From contig MU056000.1 in NCBI GenBank assembly GCA_013239625.1, forward strand, positions 7,913,214 to 7,977,213: a DNA stretch of 64,000 nt. The letters run 5' to 3'. The notes under the pieces are model-generated. The model was not told where the DNA came from, made no database searches, and saw only the letters and a list, made by a program, of their open reading frames with translations. A program made the position numbers and the translations under genes. Shown piece after piece: positions 10,501 to 24,583 of this stretch; within the stretch, counting starts at the first letter, position 1; each line of letters starts with the position of its first letter. Origin of the DNA: Lama guanicoe (taxonomy: Eukaryota).

Positions 10501-13479
10501 AAGGAGAGCGTGGTCCAAAGAAGAAATAAAGTGAAAGTAACCCAGCAAGGAAACTTCAAAGACTAGAAAAACACCTGCTACGTCATTGTCCCCGAGCCCT
10601 GACCCAGTTTCGCAGACTGCTCTCTGACTCACCGGTGTCTTGCAAAGAGAACCTTCTGTACTTGGTGGTTCTAATCAGGACTCTCGCTGCAGGCTGGCTC
10701 CACTTCAACGCAGCATCAGCCTGACTGCTTCACACTGCCAATTTTGGTTATTAAGATGGCCTCGTTCCAGCTGCAAAGGGGGACTCCTGACGGTTCTATA
10801 ACTTCAGTCCCAGTGCCCTGCCCGTCCTCCAACATCCCACCCTCCGGGGTCAGGCTGGACCATGACCTCCAGCCCCTGGTGCTCTTCCCCCCTACTCCTC
10901 CCTCCTTGCTCCTTCTCTTCTGCTGTCGGTGGCAGGGGGAGGACGTGTTCCCTCGCACAGAGGCAGTCCCGAGGCTGTCTCTGATGTTGGTCTCCACCAG
11001 GGTGGCCATGGCTGGGGAGGCGGTGCAGCCAGGTGGCTGTAGCTCTCTGCTGCCCCACGTAGACGGTCTCACTCTGCATCTTCAGATCCCATCCTGCTCA
11101 TCCAGAAACGCCCACAGTCCTGCAGGAACATACTACGTCCCGACACCGCTGGCCTTGTCTCTCCTGCTGTGGTCCATCTTTCCTGAAGGGAAGGAACCGT
11201 GAGGGAACACGGTCCTTGCCATCAGGTCTTACCTCTCTGCTACCGCTCCCCTGTGCTCTGGTGGCAAAAGGCAAGTCACCAGCTCGGAAACTGGGCTGAT
11301 GGTGATGCCAGTCCTCCATTTTCACAGCCACTTACAAACTATGGGCTGTTCTGGTCCATAGGACCATTCTTTCCCCTGCATGGCTTCCTTCTCTCTTCCA
11401 GTTCTCCTGTTAAGCTTCTCAACGGAAGAGGCCACCCAGCCACCAAGGTTTCCAGACAAGTCTTCCATCAAGATCTGGGCCCTGTTTGACCTCGGTTCTG
11501 GTAAGGACCAACCCGCTTCCTCGTGGGGAGCCGTATCTGCTGGAGTCCCCGTTCAGTGACCTCTGGGGATGGGGGAAGCACCTACTTGTCAATGTCACAC
11601 AGGTGGTCACACTGATGTCTGATCTCCACTGACTCTGGGGAGGAGAGGCCTCTGCCAGAGGAGCCCTCAGTCTCTTTGGCACCTGGGGAAAGGCACCAAG
11701 GCCAGGACAAGTCTCTGGAAGCTTCATGGGCACCACGACAGGCCAGGGTGATGAAGGAAAGGAGAGGGAAGGGCTAAAGGGAGCAGGAGATGGAGGCAGT
11801 GGGGCAGAGAGGGGCAGAGCAGAATGTAAAAGAAAGAGACTTGGGGGCAGGGAGGGACAGTGTCACCAGTGTAACCTTTATGTGAAAAAGGCCACCAAGT
11901 CACCACTGTCTGGTGTCTCTAGATCCTTTTTTTTCTCTGCTCGTTTCTCCAAATTCCAAAAGCCATGACTCTGACTTCCCCTCCAGGAGTGCAGCCGCCG
12001 GGCTGATGGATACCCCAGCAGAGTCAGACCCGCCGTCTTTGGCTGTAATTCTGTCCCAGCCTGTTAGCAATACAGCCTACTCATTACCTCCTCCGCTGAG
12101 GATGACTCATGGCCCTGTCGGCTGGAAGTACCGGCCCAATAACTCTCCAGTCTGCCTCTTCCACCCCCTTTCATGTGTGGAGGACCAAGCCTTCACAGAA
12201 GCAAAAAATGTATATAAATATATCAGGCCATTTTCTTCATTCATTCAGTTTTAGCTTCTGGCTTCGATGGAGGTCAGCGTGAATCGCATATCACATTCCC
12301 CCCGTGTCCATAAAGGTTGTGCTCCCTGAAAAGCCTTAGAGCCAACTCCTCCCCGAGACCCAGAACCCACCTCCCTCCTCCGACCAGGACTCCCGGCCCT
12401 GGTCACGCTGGCTACTCTTCCTCCCGCTGCCCCGATGGAATTTAAAAGCGACGAGACCACAGACCGTTTTGGAAACAGGTCTGTTGTGTACCGGCGTGAT
12501 ACGATCTCAAACCCGTCTGTTGATGACTTAGGCGAAGCTATTTTAATGTCAAGATGCCATCATCTCGTCTGTTGTCCTTGATAAGCACTTAGCGGCTCCG
12601 GTGCCAAGGGGCCACGCTGGGTGCTTACTGACAAGACCATGTGAAGAAGCAAATACAGCAAGTGGACATTTGGGCTATAAACACCGAGAGTTGGTGACGA
12701 ATATCCTGAGGGTTTCGGTCTGGGCAGACCCACCCTTTGCGGATCTAGCTCTCCGAAATTCTGGAGACACCTGCTCCCGCCGTGGCCAGGCTGTTCTGGG
12801 CCGGCAGTGGTGTTGACACGTGCAGCAGCCTCTGGAGGAGAAGGGACACTGCTCCTCTCCTGGCAATGCCCTCCCCGGAGGCAGGGGTCCCAGCCGTGCG
12901 GGGGTACCTGGAGTGATGACCCTGGGAGCAGGCTGGCCTGCCGCCCGCGCCAGGGCCTTTGTTCCCTAGCAACAGGCCTTAGCAACAAGGGACTTGGGTT
13001 TTGTGTTGGCAGCTGGAAGCAAGATCCCCTTTGGTGAAGCTGGCTTTCCTGAGAAACCAAACTCATGTAAAAGGTCCACCTCAGCTTCATCTTGAGTTTA
13101 TTTCTGTCACCTCTCCTTGCCTGGAACAATAGTGTGGTCGCTCTGTCACTTGCTTGGACAATGTTACTTCTCTATTGGTTCATTAAGAGGCATCACTCTC
13201 TATGCTACTAGCTTGTGAAATTACTACAGATCCTGCGGTGCACCTGCGTTAAATAAATGGCTGGCAAAGACGATTTCAGTCTCTGAGTATGATGTGCTGA
13301 CCCTCCAGAATAAAACAAGGTCTCACAGCTCTGCTGGTTCAGGTCCCTGCCTTCCTTCCGTTTCTTTACGGGGACCTAACTGGCACCTGATGTCAGCTGT
13401 TCCGACTCCTTGCGCTCCCTCCTCTGCCTCTGGGCTCCTGGCCGCTTCTCCACGGGGTCGTCCTGGAAGGTTCCAGTCA

Positions 13480-14827
13480 GATCCCCTCCCCTCTCCCACG
13501 TCCCGAGAGTCTCTCGTTTCTCAGTCTTCTCCTTTACATCAGTCCTTCCAGATCGTCTGTGTCCTCTGACAACCTACCCGCACTTCCCTCAGATCCAGCA
13601 GCCACCGTTTTCATCCCACTTCCTCCATCACTCAGCTCACCACCAGCGGCGGCCTGAGCTGACCTCCCTTCCTTTTCTGGCTGCTTCTCAGAGGGGCGCA
13701 TTGCTGCATTTTCTGGGACAACCCGCCCACTTCATTTATCCACTGATGGTCTCCTTCGTGCCTCTCCTGTTTCTTCATATCACCAGCTACCCTCTCCTTT
13801 GACCACATAAGAGATTCCAAAATCTCCCTGAGTACTCCTTCTTGAAGCAGGCTCCTTTCCAAACCACCCTGCCAAAAAGCAGACCCCAGACTTCTCTTCC
13901 CTGAAGGCAAGGACCCTGGCCTGCACAGCGGACGCGGCCCATCCCTGTCACTCACCTCTCTGGTCTCACTCTCTCCCTGCTTGGTTCTGGCCACACTCCT
14001 TGTTAGTCATTATTATGGGTTGAATTGTGCCCCTCAAAGTTACACTGAAATCCTAACCGCAGGTATCTCTGAGAGTCAGCTTACTTGCAAACAGGACCTT
14101 CGCCGATATAATCTAATTATCATCAGGCCCACTCGGGTGGGCCCTCATCCAGCACGGCGGGCGTCCTATAAGAGGGGAAGAGACAGCAACAGAGACATGT
14201 CGGGAGAAAGGTATGTGATGTCAGAGGGAGAAATCAGAGAGATGCACCGATTAGCCAAGGGACACCAAGGGTTGAGGTCCACACTGGAAGCCAGGAAGAG
14301 GCCAGGAGTCATCCTACGAGAGTCTCGGAGGGAGCCTGGCCCTGCTGACACCTTGATCTGGGACTCTTGGCCTCTAGAACTGAGGAGAATCAATTGCAGT
14401 TGTTTTAAGCCACGTCCCGTGTGTGGTGCTTTGTTCCCGCAGTCCTGGACACAAACGAGCACAGCCCTGCCTCGTGTGTCCTGTGCACAGGAGCCGAGCC
14501 TCGGACACTAACTCCACGCTTCTCTTGCCCACTGCCTTCGGGCTCCGCTCAAACGCTGTTGCTCAGAGACGACTTTCCTGACCGTCGGATGTGAACTAGC
14601 AGTCGATTCCTGTCCCCACGCCCACCACTGTCTACCCTCATCAGGGTGCTAAGTTTTCCTTGTGGCCAGTATCACCATCTGACATACGACAGATCTAGGC
14701 CTTATCTGTTTACTGTCGCCTCCCCATCTCCCTGACTCATCTGGGTCAAGTTTGTTCACTGCTGTATCACTGGGCCAAGAACAGAGCCTGGACCTTGGAG
14801 CTGATCAATGAATTTCTGTGGAATGAA
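13480..14827 (+). mobile_element. L2 LINE 3' portion, interrupted by an MLT1 LTR
   Basis: Pyrimidine-rich L2-like body ending in tttgttcactgctgtatc..agaacagagcctgg..tcaatgaatttctgtggaatgaa, a typical L2a terminus. Left boundary approximate. Confidence 0.65.
14011..14463 (+). mobile_element. MaLR solo LTR (MLT1B/C-like)
   Basis: Begins tattatgggttgaattgtgcccc and contains ggccctgctgacaccttgat..ggcctctagaactg..tgttttaagccac. Confidence 0.85.
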
Positions 14828-15230
14828 AATACTCATTAGTCCCTGACGTCAATGTATTAAGCATGGGAACCTGTCTGTGTGTTCTTTTATGTGGGCACGT
14901 GCCAACAGTTCTTTGAGTCTAACCTCCCCCAGGCAGTGGTTGAATCTACCTGTTTCAACAGTGGCTCAGCATGAAGCCACACACCGCAGGCTTTCAATGT
15001 GCACTCATGCTGATAATAGATTTCAACATGTGAATCACGAACAATACCAGGAAAGCAGAATACAGACACACATCCTGCCTATAACACTACGAGATCAGCT
15101 TTTCAATTAACTGTTAGGGAGAGCGTTCCTTAATTTATATTTTCCACATACACTAACAATAATCCACATTTCTTAACCCACTTACCCCGGCTGGCTGTCT
15201 ATGTGCATTCTCTCTGCAGTGGTCTGGATT

Positions 15231-15355
15231 CATTTGACAGCCTGGGAGACTGAGGCTCAGAGAGGTAGAGAAACTTGCCCAAGATCACACAGCTAGAAAG
15301 CAGGAGAGAGCTGGGGCTCAAAGGCAGGCAGCCTGGCTCCAAAGCTGTGATGCTG
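15231..15355 (-). mobile_element. MIR SINE
   Basis: MIR core: gagactgaggctcagagaggt..aacttgcccaagatcacacagctag. Confidence 0.85.
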
Positions 15356-18300
15356 GCTCAGGGGTGTACCATTTACTGACATCCAGAAACTAGTAAGGGC
15401 TCTTTTTCAAAAAACTGCGGAACAATTTATGACGAAGGGAAGAGAAGAACTGATTCAAAAGTAATCAGCTGAAAAGATGGATAACACCTTCTCTTGAACT
15501 CTATGAGGTAGAAAGAGCCAAGAATAAAACAGAAATTATGAAGCACTTTAAGTGTAGTAGACAGGAACAAGTCTGAATTTTTTTTTATGACCTATGAAAT
15601 GCTATAAATCAGTCTGAATAAAATAAAAATCATGGGGGAGGGGGCAGTATGCATATTTTTATACACAGAAGTCAATTTCTATGTTCTAGTTAATGTCACT
15701 AAGGAAAGGTAATGCTATTGGGGAAAAAAACTAGTGTAAACGGTACACATTTACTGAAGCCATGTGGGCATGATCACATACATGCCCCCTCCCCAAACAC
15801 ACACAAACTCCAAAGGACTGATGTCCATGAGCCTAAGCCCTATTCCATCAAGTCTAAGGGAGTATGACTCAGGCTACATTTTTCTGGCAACTGTTAATTT
15901 AAAATTCAGTGTTCTCTTCACTGCAGGAAGCAGGAGGGTTTCTCTGACTCCACAAGGCTGAGTTTAACGCATTTTGTAAACACTCTCGCAGGCTGGGGCT
16001 CTGCTTTCCCACGGAGCTTAGCACATGGTGTTAAACTGCCCTGTTTACATACTGCCCGTCCAGGGGGTTGTGGAGTCCTTAAAGGTAGGAGGTATATGCT
16101 ATTAATATTTGATTCTCCTCCTGTCAATAAACTGTTCTTTCCCCTAGAACTGGAAATCTCATTTCTTTAAAACCAAGAAGTGTTTTATTGGAGACAGGGT
16201 GATGGCAATTGGGAAGAATTTTGTTGGGAGTTAGCAAAATAAAATCAGTGCTGATTTCCTAGAGAAATTGTTCTTATCTTCAAACTGTACCCATTTACTG
16301 TATCGGATCTTCAAATGCTCTGGTTACGTATCTGATAGCTGAAGACAATTTTTCATATACACAGAGGCCTTCAGGCCGAAACCTAAAATAAATTAGTGGT
16401 GGCCCCCAGCCACTCACTCATCACAGGAATGTGACTGTAAGTCATTCTCACATGTAACATCCTATAATAAAGTTTGAGTTTTGAAAAAGGCACACTATTT
16501 AAGTGAATAGTCTTATATTTAAAAAATAACATTTTAAAAATTATTTAAATTTTTAAAATTTAATTTTATTAAATTAATGAAAATGTTTATTAAATTTAAT
16601 TTACTAATTTATAATGAAATAAAGTATTCAAACAGTTTAAAATGTTAAAATATTCACTTCTTGTCAACTGAAAACATGTAAGTACTTTTTTTATCTCTAG
16701 ACAACATACTGCTTTGAGCACCACCTTGTAGTGCCCCCATGCATACACATGTCCCTGTTTGGGTATGACTGTCCAGGGGTGAACGTGGGGTGCCCACCTC
16801 ATGCCTATTCTGTGCATGAGAAGAAATGGGGGGAAACACAGGAGGGAGGAGCATAAATAACCCCAAATCATTACAACTCACGAAAGACTCTTAGTATTAT
16901 CCTCAAATCAATGAGAGGCTCATAATATTCTTAACTGAGGAGGAGTTTCTGGAAAGAATGAAAAAAGGATTTTTGAAAAAAATATTTAAAAGTCAGCAAC
17001 ACTGCAGCACCTCCTCACCTACAGTACACACACACGAGCCGGTTTTCATGCCTAAAAACGACCTAGATTATCTAAAGCTCACTGCATTGTGACATTCCAG
17101 ACAATTTAGGAGACAGTGTGGATGGCAGACGTGGTTCCAATATTACTGACATCCATCCACGGCAATCACATGTCTGCCCTTTAAATCAGGGGGACACCCC
17201 CCCCACATATCAGCTACTCATCAGCCCATGAAAATGAGCTGCAGTTGGTATGTTTGCTGCAACACCCAGACCCCTCCTAATGCTTTTTCCTTCCCCATCC
17301 TCTCTAATTTGCCCTCAACTGCTTTTCTTCAGATCTCGTCTCAGTCTGGCTCTGAACTCTTGTTTGCGTGATACCCTCCCATCCCAGTCTCTGGACACTT
17401 GCTGGTCCTCAAAGCATTCATAACTGAATGTCCTGGCCTGGGTCAGGGCCCCCAGGGGACTGAAGGCTTCTCAGTCCCTGGCGGTTGCTGAACTGGCCAT
17501 GTCCATCCCTCTCCCCTCAGCTCCACCTCCCTACTTGGAGGGAACCAGGGAACCAGCTCAAATCCAAGTTCACTAGACCAGGAGCAAAAGTTAGGGAGCT
17601 GGCTTCCGTCTGCTGACTTATGGAAGCGCCTTCTCAACTTTGTACTTATAAGGTCTGGCATCATTTTGAACAAAACTGAATTTCTTGGCTTCATTATATG
17701 AAAACTGTACAAGGCACTGTAATAAGGAATGAGAAAGGCGTGATTTCTGACTCTCCACATATAGAAGATTTAATTCTGCCTTTTGCTCAATGGCCTATCC
17801 ATTGTGCGGGCAAAGTCAATACCAATAATGAATTGTGGACTGAAGGGCTAAATCAATTCAATAAAACGCAAGAGAAAGACGAGAAGGCTGAGTAAATTTA
17901 GAAAGTCTGGAGCCTGCAAGATTAGTATTTGGACAACAGGTAATTACAGAAATCAATGCCTATATACGAGAACACGACAGACAGCCATCCGTCACAACAG
18001 GAGAGCCGTTACCAATGGCTTGGGCTTGGGCTAGGATGAGAGAAGAGGATAGGTCCGTGCAAAATGCCTGTCGGAGGATACACGCTGGGGGGGGGTTATG
18101 TGTGCGCGCGCCTGTGCCTGTGAACACGTGTGTGCGCTCCCTGTGTGCCTGCAGGAGAGAGGAAGGGAGCCTCCAGGCTCCCTCTGTATTTATTTAGGCC
18201 TTTCGCATTGCCCTGTTCCTTTGGCTAACTTTCACGAACTCTGATCCCATTCCCTCAACTGGATATCAGGCTGTGACCTACAGCGCCCTTTCCGTCCACG

Positions 18301-19629
18301 TCCACCATCCTAGCCTCCCAGGGACTGGGGAAACGTTCTCATGAGGGCCTGCCAGTGTCTGGAGCAGAGGGACGACTTCCATCCGAGCCTCAGCTCTAAG
18401 GACCAGCTGTTGGGAGAATCTCCAAGCAGTGAGAGGTGATACAGGCAACCCTGGGGGCACCCACAGCAGAATTTAAAAATGACTCCACGTACACACACAG
18501 ACATAAACATATATACATAGATAAAATAGTAGCATTAAGTGTCTTAACTGTGTTCCTGATCAAATAAAAACATGAACAAATGAATACATCACCACTTAGC
18601 AGTGTGCGGACGTTAAGCCATCCGGTTCCTACAGAGACTACAGTGGACGGATCCGCATCTCGTTTTAAAGATTAGAGAAGAGGCCTGAAGCACAATCAGC
18701 TTGTTCCAGGAGACACAGAGGGTGAACAGGGGAGTGGCACGGGAGGCACCCCTCCAACGACCCTGATGTGTGTGCTGGTCCCCCTTCCTCACACCACCTC
18801 TTGTCTGCCACAGGGGACACTCCAAATGTGACCACACGAGTCCATAGTCATGTGCCATGAAGAGGCTTCAAGGCCAGTCCCAGATCACGCAGACAGAGGC
18901 AGTTAGACCAGTGACTTTGAACCTGCCCCGGCCATGACGTCTGCACCACCTGACTACATGACGGCACTGTTTGATGTTTGGTTTCGGACAGCTTTTAAGC
19001 CTCACCCTCCATCTCTCCCCTCTGTCCACATCTGAGCAAGCGGACAGCAGAGCTCAGATGCCTCCTCCTTTGGCACCAGGAGGAGAGGAGGTTCAACCCA
19101 CGCGAGTCCCTGTCTTCATAGAAGCGGACCCCGGTGCAGCACGTAACCACTGCAAAATGCCGAGTCGTCCTGTCCTGCGCTCTCTGCCACATGCAGTCCT
19201 GCGAGGGAGCCACCCTGCTCACTCCCAGAGCAGACTCAACCGCCTCTCCATCCACACCCTCCTGGGGCGTGGGGAGTGTCCTCAGTCTTGACATCAGGAC
19301 CAAATTTTGGGCGGGAGTCCGTCCTGCTGTTGCCGGGGCACCGTAACACCTCCGAATGGACTTGAAGCCAGTAATGGAATGAAATGCTCTCATGGCCTTT
19401 AGAGAAACCCTCAAAGTCGTCATCTTCAAAAAGTGATGGCATGTGTTCCCTTAATCAGGAATCTGTCCTTCAGTATGAGTGGCTATTTTGTTTTCGACTA
19501 AAGGCAGAGAATGATTAAGATAACTGCCATTTGAGACAGGGGCCACGTAAATTTAATTTAATCTTAGATCATTTTAATAGTACTTTTTGACATTTTAAAT
19601 TTATCTGAGATGGACAATTACTTCTTTGA

Positions 19630-20541
19630 TCTCAGCCTTGGCACTACTGACATTTGAGACCAGATAATTCTTTGTTGTGGAGGCTGCCCTGCACATTCCA
19701 GAACATTCTTCAGTGTCCCTTGTAACTGAGCCCGACCCTATGGGGCCTTCCCAGGACAGACACTCCATGTTCTCCGTCTACCTCTTCTTTATAGAAAAAC
19801 ATATAAATTCGATCAATTTATAAATTTGATCAGAGAAATGAGAAGATGTAGAAAGAAAGGGAAACAGTCAAGCAAGACAAAATAATAATAATTTAACCAT
19901 TAAATAAAAGTCAAGGGCCTTTAGTTCCTCTTCAAGGGCTGGAGATAATATTCTGAGTCATATCCTTTGAGCTGTTTTACAGACTCTGAAACCCCCACCG
20001 GGTGGAAGAAGTTAACTTCACGGTGACCAGACTGTAGCCATGACATAAGCTGCTCCATCTTGCACAATTCCGAGCCCTGGCCTCAAGGAAACGGGAACAA
20101 CCCGACCCCAGAACTGAAGATGAACTGTACTTAAGACAATCAAGATGACACGTGACCAATAATTTCAAGATTCTTGTTGGAGCTGGCTGTGCTGTTCTGC
20201 AGGAGCCCCTCCTCTGCCTGTGCCCTGCTGAAACTCCCCTTTAAAGGCTCTTGGCCCCTGATGGGCAGTTGCGAGTTGGTTCTGGAACATGAGTCTGCCT
20301 TCTCCCCAGGCTGCCATCCTCCTGAATAAAGCAAACTTTCCTTTCCTACCAACACCTGCCTCTCGAGTATTGTTTTTTGAGTGGCGAGCAGCCAAATCTG
20401 AGATCGGTAACACCTTGACTGCTGCCAACCAGATGCTAATGGCACCACCACAACCTTCTCCAGTTCTGACAACCAAAGATGTCTCCAGATGTTGCCAACT
20501 GTCCCTTGGGAAGCAAAATCACGTCTGGTTGAGAATCAGTG
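19630..20541 (-). mobile_element. MER20 hAT-Charlie MITE split by an LTR (halves 19630-19720 and 20413-20541)
   Basis: ctcagccttggcactactgacattt..gataattctttgttgtgg and cagttctgacaaccaaagatgtctccagatgttgcc..gcaaaatc..ggttgagaatcagtg match the two halves of MER20. Confidence 0.85.
19721..20412 (+). mobile_element. ERV1-class solo LTR (lineage-specific family)
   Basis: TGTAAC...GTAACA termini, AATAAA at ~20326, flanks ccct/cctt. Collinear homologue at 25592-26255. Confidence 0.85.
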
Positions 20542-21512
20542 CCCTGTGTTCATTCCACAAAGACTTTTCTGGTAAGAACAAGCATGGGTCAAGTCCTTTG
20601 TAGTTCCAGTGGAACAGTGACAGAAAAAAAAAAAAAAGATGAAAAGCTGCTAGGCCATATACATACCCCTGCAAGCAAGCAAAATCTATAATAAATTGCA
20701 ATTATATCTTCAGATCTCTTCTTTCCACTCTTAAACTAATTTAGACTCATCCTCAAAATTGCTTACATGCTATGGAGATGACTCTTTATAGCTTATAAAA
20801 TCTTTTTTAAAAATTTGATTACTCAGCTGCTCACATGCAAATGCTTGCCCCTTGTCTAAGGAAATCAGAGTTAGCTGTGCTGACCGCTGTGATTTTCCAG
20901 AAATATCACACACCACAACTTATGCACTTTAAACTGTTCCAAAAACACAGAGCATGTTAACCATTGTTTACATGATGGACACAGACAATAACCTCTTTAA
21001 TGGAACACATCTATCTGTATTCTATCCATCGGTACCTTTGTAAATGGCTCAGAATGCTTGGTTACGACACAAAGCTGGTTTACTGCCTAAAGTTCCCATT
21101 TTACCAATGAGTTTTCCAGGAAGATGATACCATATACTGATGTAGTAATCTTACTGCAATCTGAGGAGACAACACAAGATGCTTTGTTCTTCTTTAGGAT
21201 TTAGGAGCAGAGAAGACTCCAGAGATGGAATTAGGAAGAAAAAGACAAATCACACCAAAAGTACAGCTGCTGATAATCTTGTCTCTGTTGATACTAACAT
21301 ACATCCTTGATCCTCTATTCTCTCAGTATTCAAATAATAATGAAAAAGAAGAATGTATGCATAAGCATGCCAAATAATTAGATGAGAAGTGCTCTGCTCC
21401 AGTCCTAAGTATGGATCTAAATTTTGATAATGTAACTTTAATTTTCACATTTCTTTCCCCTTTTGACATCACTCTATAGACACCTAAGCGATGATGAATC
21501 TGACACCAGTCA

Positions 21513-21734
<222 letters not shown>

Positions 21735-22491
21735 TTAACTCATTTAGGAGTTCTTGAGAATGTAAGTGGGAATGTTTCACAAGTGATTACTGTGGTTTTT
21801 CTACACGTGTACCTACTTAAAAAAGGATTTGAAAAGATTCCCTTGAGTAAATGGTTTGTAAATATACGTATGTGTATACATACGAATATAGGTATGTCCA
21901 CAGATACATACATAATCTTAAATATATCAACTGATGTTACATATTTATGAAGATTGTGAAAAAAACAACTTAAATTGGCACATGCTTTTATTAATACAGA
22001 CATTTTTCATGGGGCTTCAGTGGATTATTTATAAGTTCACATTTATTTTCCAATATATTATTTCTACAGTCTTATTCAGGTATAGCATTTAGTTAAATTA
22101 TCAGACAAGAGAAAATTTAGCGTGATGGGTCCAATCTAAAATGTCATGAAAGCAGTTAATGCCATCTTTATTATTTTTATGACTATGATTATTATTGTCA
22201 TAGTCTCTTCTTTAAAAATAGGTTCCCCAAATGACTCTCTGGGGATGAAAGCAGAGTAACAAGAAGGCTTTATAGAAGAAAATTATACATTTAAAGAGTT
22301 AGGTTTATTTAAACAGTGTTAATATATTTTATGCATTGTACATTCTTCTCTTGTACCCTCCTGTTTACATCCGAGCTACTCCACGAAGCTGGTTGTTTAT
22401 TTAACTTTAAGAAACATGCCGTAGGATACTTAAATCCACTCTAAAGTACCAAGTCAATTGTACCATTATGCAAATGAGCATTCTTCTATGA

Positions 22492-22764
22492 AATCAATCA
22501 GCTCAACTGGTCAGAGCACGGAGCTAACAGGGTCGGATGTATGGACTCCATTCCTGTAGCAGGGAGCCAATTTTTAACAAAGAAGTAAAAAAGCAACCTC
22601 TGAGACCACAGATAAAAACCTGACCCCGTGAGTCACATAAGGGTGCTATTTATCCGAAGGACAGGGTGGAAGAGAAACGAGACAGCTTAGCAACAACCAC
22701 TCCACTCCAGCAAAAACAACTCAGAAGCATATATCCTATTGATGCCAGGTCAGTGCTGTCATCT
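22492..22764 (+). mobile_element. Ancient tRNA-Ile-headed SINE (MamSINE1-like)
   Basis: Head cagctcaactggtcagagcacggagctaa..actccattcctgta resembles tRNA-Ile(AAT). The body (ccacaga..aaaaacaactcagaagcatatatcctattgatgccaggtcagt..tcatct) follows the MamSINE1 consensus as I recall it. Confidence 0.7.
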
Positions 22765-24583
22765 GAGAAGAGGAGCCATGAAAAATGGGACAGAGATGGA
22801 GCAGACAAAGGTTAAAAGTTTCCCCGTAGATTCTAACCTGTTCTCTTTATCTCTTCTTTATCACAACTGGTAGAGGTTGTCAAGCAAACCTTGAAGCATG
22901 CTGGTGCTTCCTTACAGCCACTGAAGGCAATATGGAATAGGATTCCTTCTGCACTGGCTTAGTTTTTATTGGAAAGATAATGCATTCGCTTGAATGTATG
23001 TTAAGTATCTAATAAGTTTACATAAAATCTTAGGCAGGCACACATTTTCAGAAGGGCATATGGTACAGTAACACATTTGCTACAAAACATACTTAAGTGA
23101 TTGCTGATAATGGACAAACTATTGAATATTCTTTGGCTAAATGATCATAGTAGAAAACAATTCTGGATGAAAACACAGGGAGCCCGTTTTTCTCTTTAAT
23201 TTCATTTCCTTTCATTGCATGATTGTAAACCGCCTCAATGTGCAACATTCAGATATCACAGTCCTTTTTCTTATAACAGCAGCCTCCTAAAATTATATTC
23301 TTTGTTCAAGTTAAATCAAAATCTATAGAATACCTATAAATTAAAATCAGAAGTGTCACCTAAAGACAGTGGATGGCTGAGATGAATACAGGTAAGCCCA
23401 TGCTACGGGAAGGTGATTAGTAAAGAATTCATTTAGCTTATTTTATTAACCAGATGGTAATTGTTCTATTAGGCTTATACAGCACATATCAAGCTGGACG
23501 AAGAAGAGAAGATGAGAAAGAACCATCTACAATTTTCTACAGAAGCCCAGCTCATAACTCTCATTTCTTACTGGGCTTCACTTTAGAAATGTTAATGGAA
23601 CTGGAGAATATGCAAATGTAACCTTTTCTCCATTAAAATTTGTCACACAGACCAACAATATTGTGACTAAATCCTCACTCTCTTAAGGACTATCTGAGTT
23701 GTTAAAATTACAAGGCGCTTAGCACGGAGCTAAATAGCGAACAGTTTGAAATTTGTTACTATGTTATGCTGGCACTGAAAAGCAGAGAGCGGATGTACCA
23801 TCACAACATTTTCATCAAGTTTACTCCAGCACTGAGAAGAGCCCCAGGACAACCAGGGGCTTCAGGAATTCAAACTGTGATTTTTCAGCAAAGCTTCGTG
23901 TGAGGGGGACAGAGCTCACTTTGACTGCAAACTCAATAAACCCCATTCGCGGCTGTATGGACAGCTCAGTCATTTATCGTCTTCTGAACTCTAACTAGAA
24001 GTTTTAAAGACCATATTGGCTTGAACTTTTCCATCCAGAGCCATAAGGTGAGCTGTTTTGGTTTCTATCTGGTCTCGTTGAGATGACAGGGTTAGAGGGT
24101 GACAGGCACTGATCACAAGAACAAGTTAGATGGAATTTTTTTTTTATTTTACAAAATGGAGATATTTTTATTCTTGTTGACCAATAAAAACTTATCCGAT
24201 GATAAACACATGGAAGTAGTAATGTCTTAATTCTCATCCCTGAATAGTCTGTCGCCAAAACAAAAAGCTGCCCTATAGGGTTAATCGTGTTTAAAAAACA
24301 TATCTTTGCTTTTATATAAACAGTAGCACTGGAATGATGACCACCTAGAAGCAAGCTTGCATGTTACGGTTTTCAGAAAGAAATGGCTCTCTCCAAGCTT
24401 CACGTTTGAGAAAGGTAATGTAATGGAGCATTAACTCACTCAGCCACCGTTTCTTGACCTGTCTCAGAATGGAACAGCTGCACGGCTCCCTGTGGGCACA
24501 CTCAGTTCAAGGGCAACTGGACACTGGGACCACCCAGTTCTTCCCTATTATCAGTGATCTGCTTCTTATCTAAAATCTGTGTG

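Noticed and set aside
10744..12254. Plus-strand ORFs (152, 96, 80 and 113 aa) as an antisense nested gene
   Set aside because: No recognisable homology or convincing plus-strand splice sites; the minus-strand reading has better boundaries. Not fully excluded.
13020..13095. Peptide QDEAEVDLLHEFGFSGKPASPKG, faintly like collagen N-termini or the next CTNND2 exon (VDLL)
   Set aside because: The similarity is too short and does not extend; stops flank it in that frame.
13981..14511. 176-aa plus-strand ORF
   Set aside because: It lies almost entirely within an MLT1 LTR and is a chance open frame.
22492..22570. tRNA-Ile-like sequence as a tRNA gene
   Set aside because: The stems and B box are degraded and the sequence continues into a SINE body.
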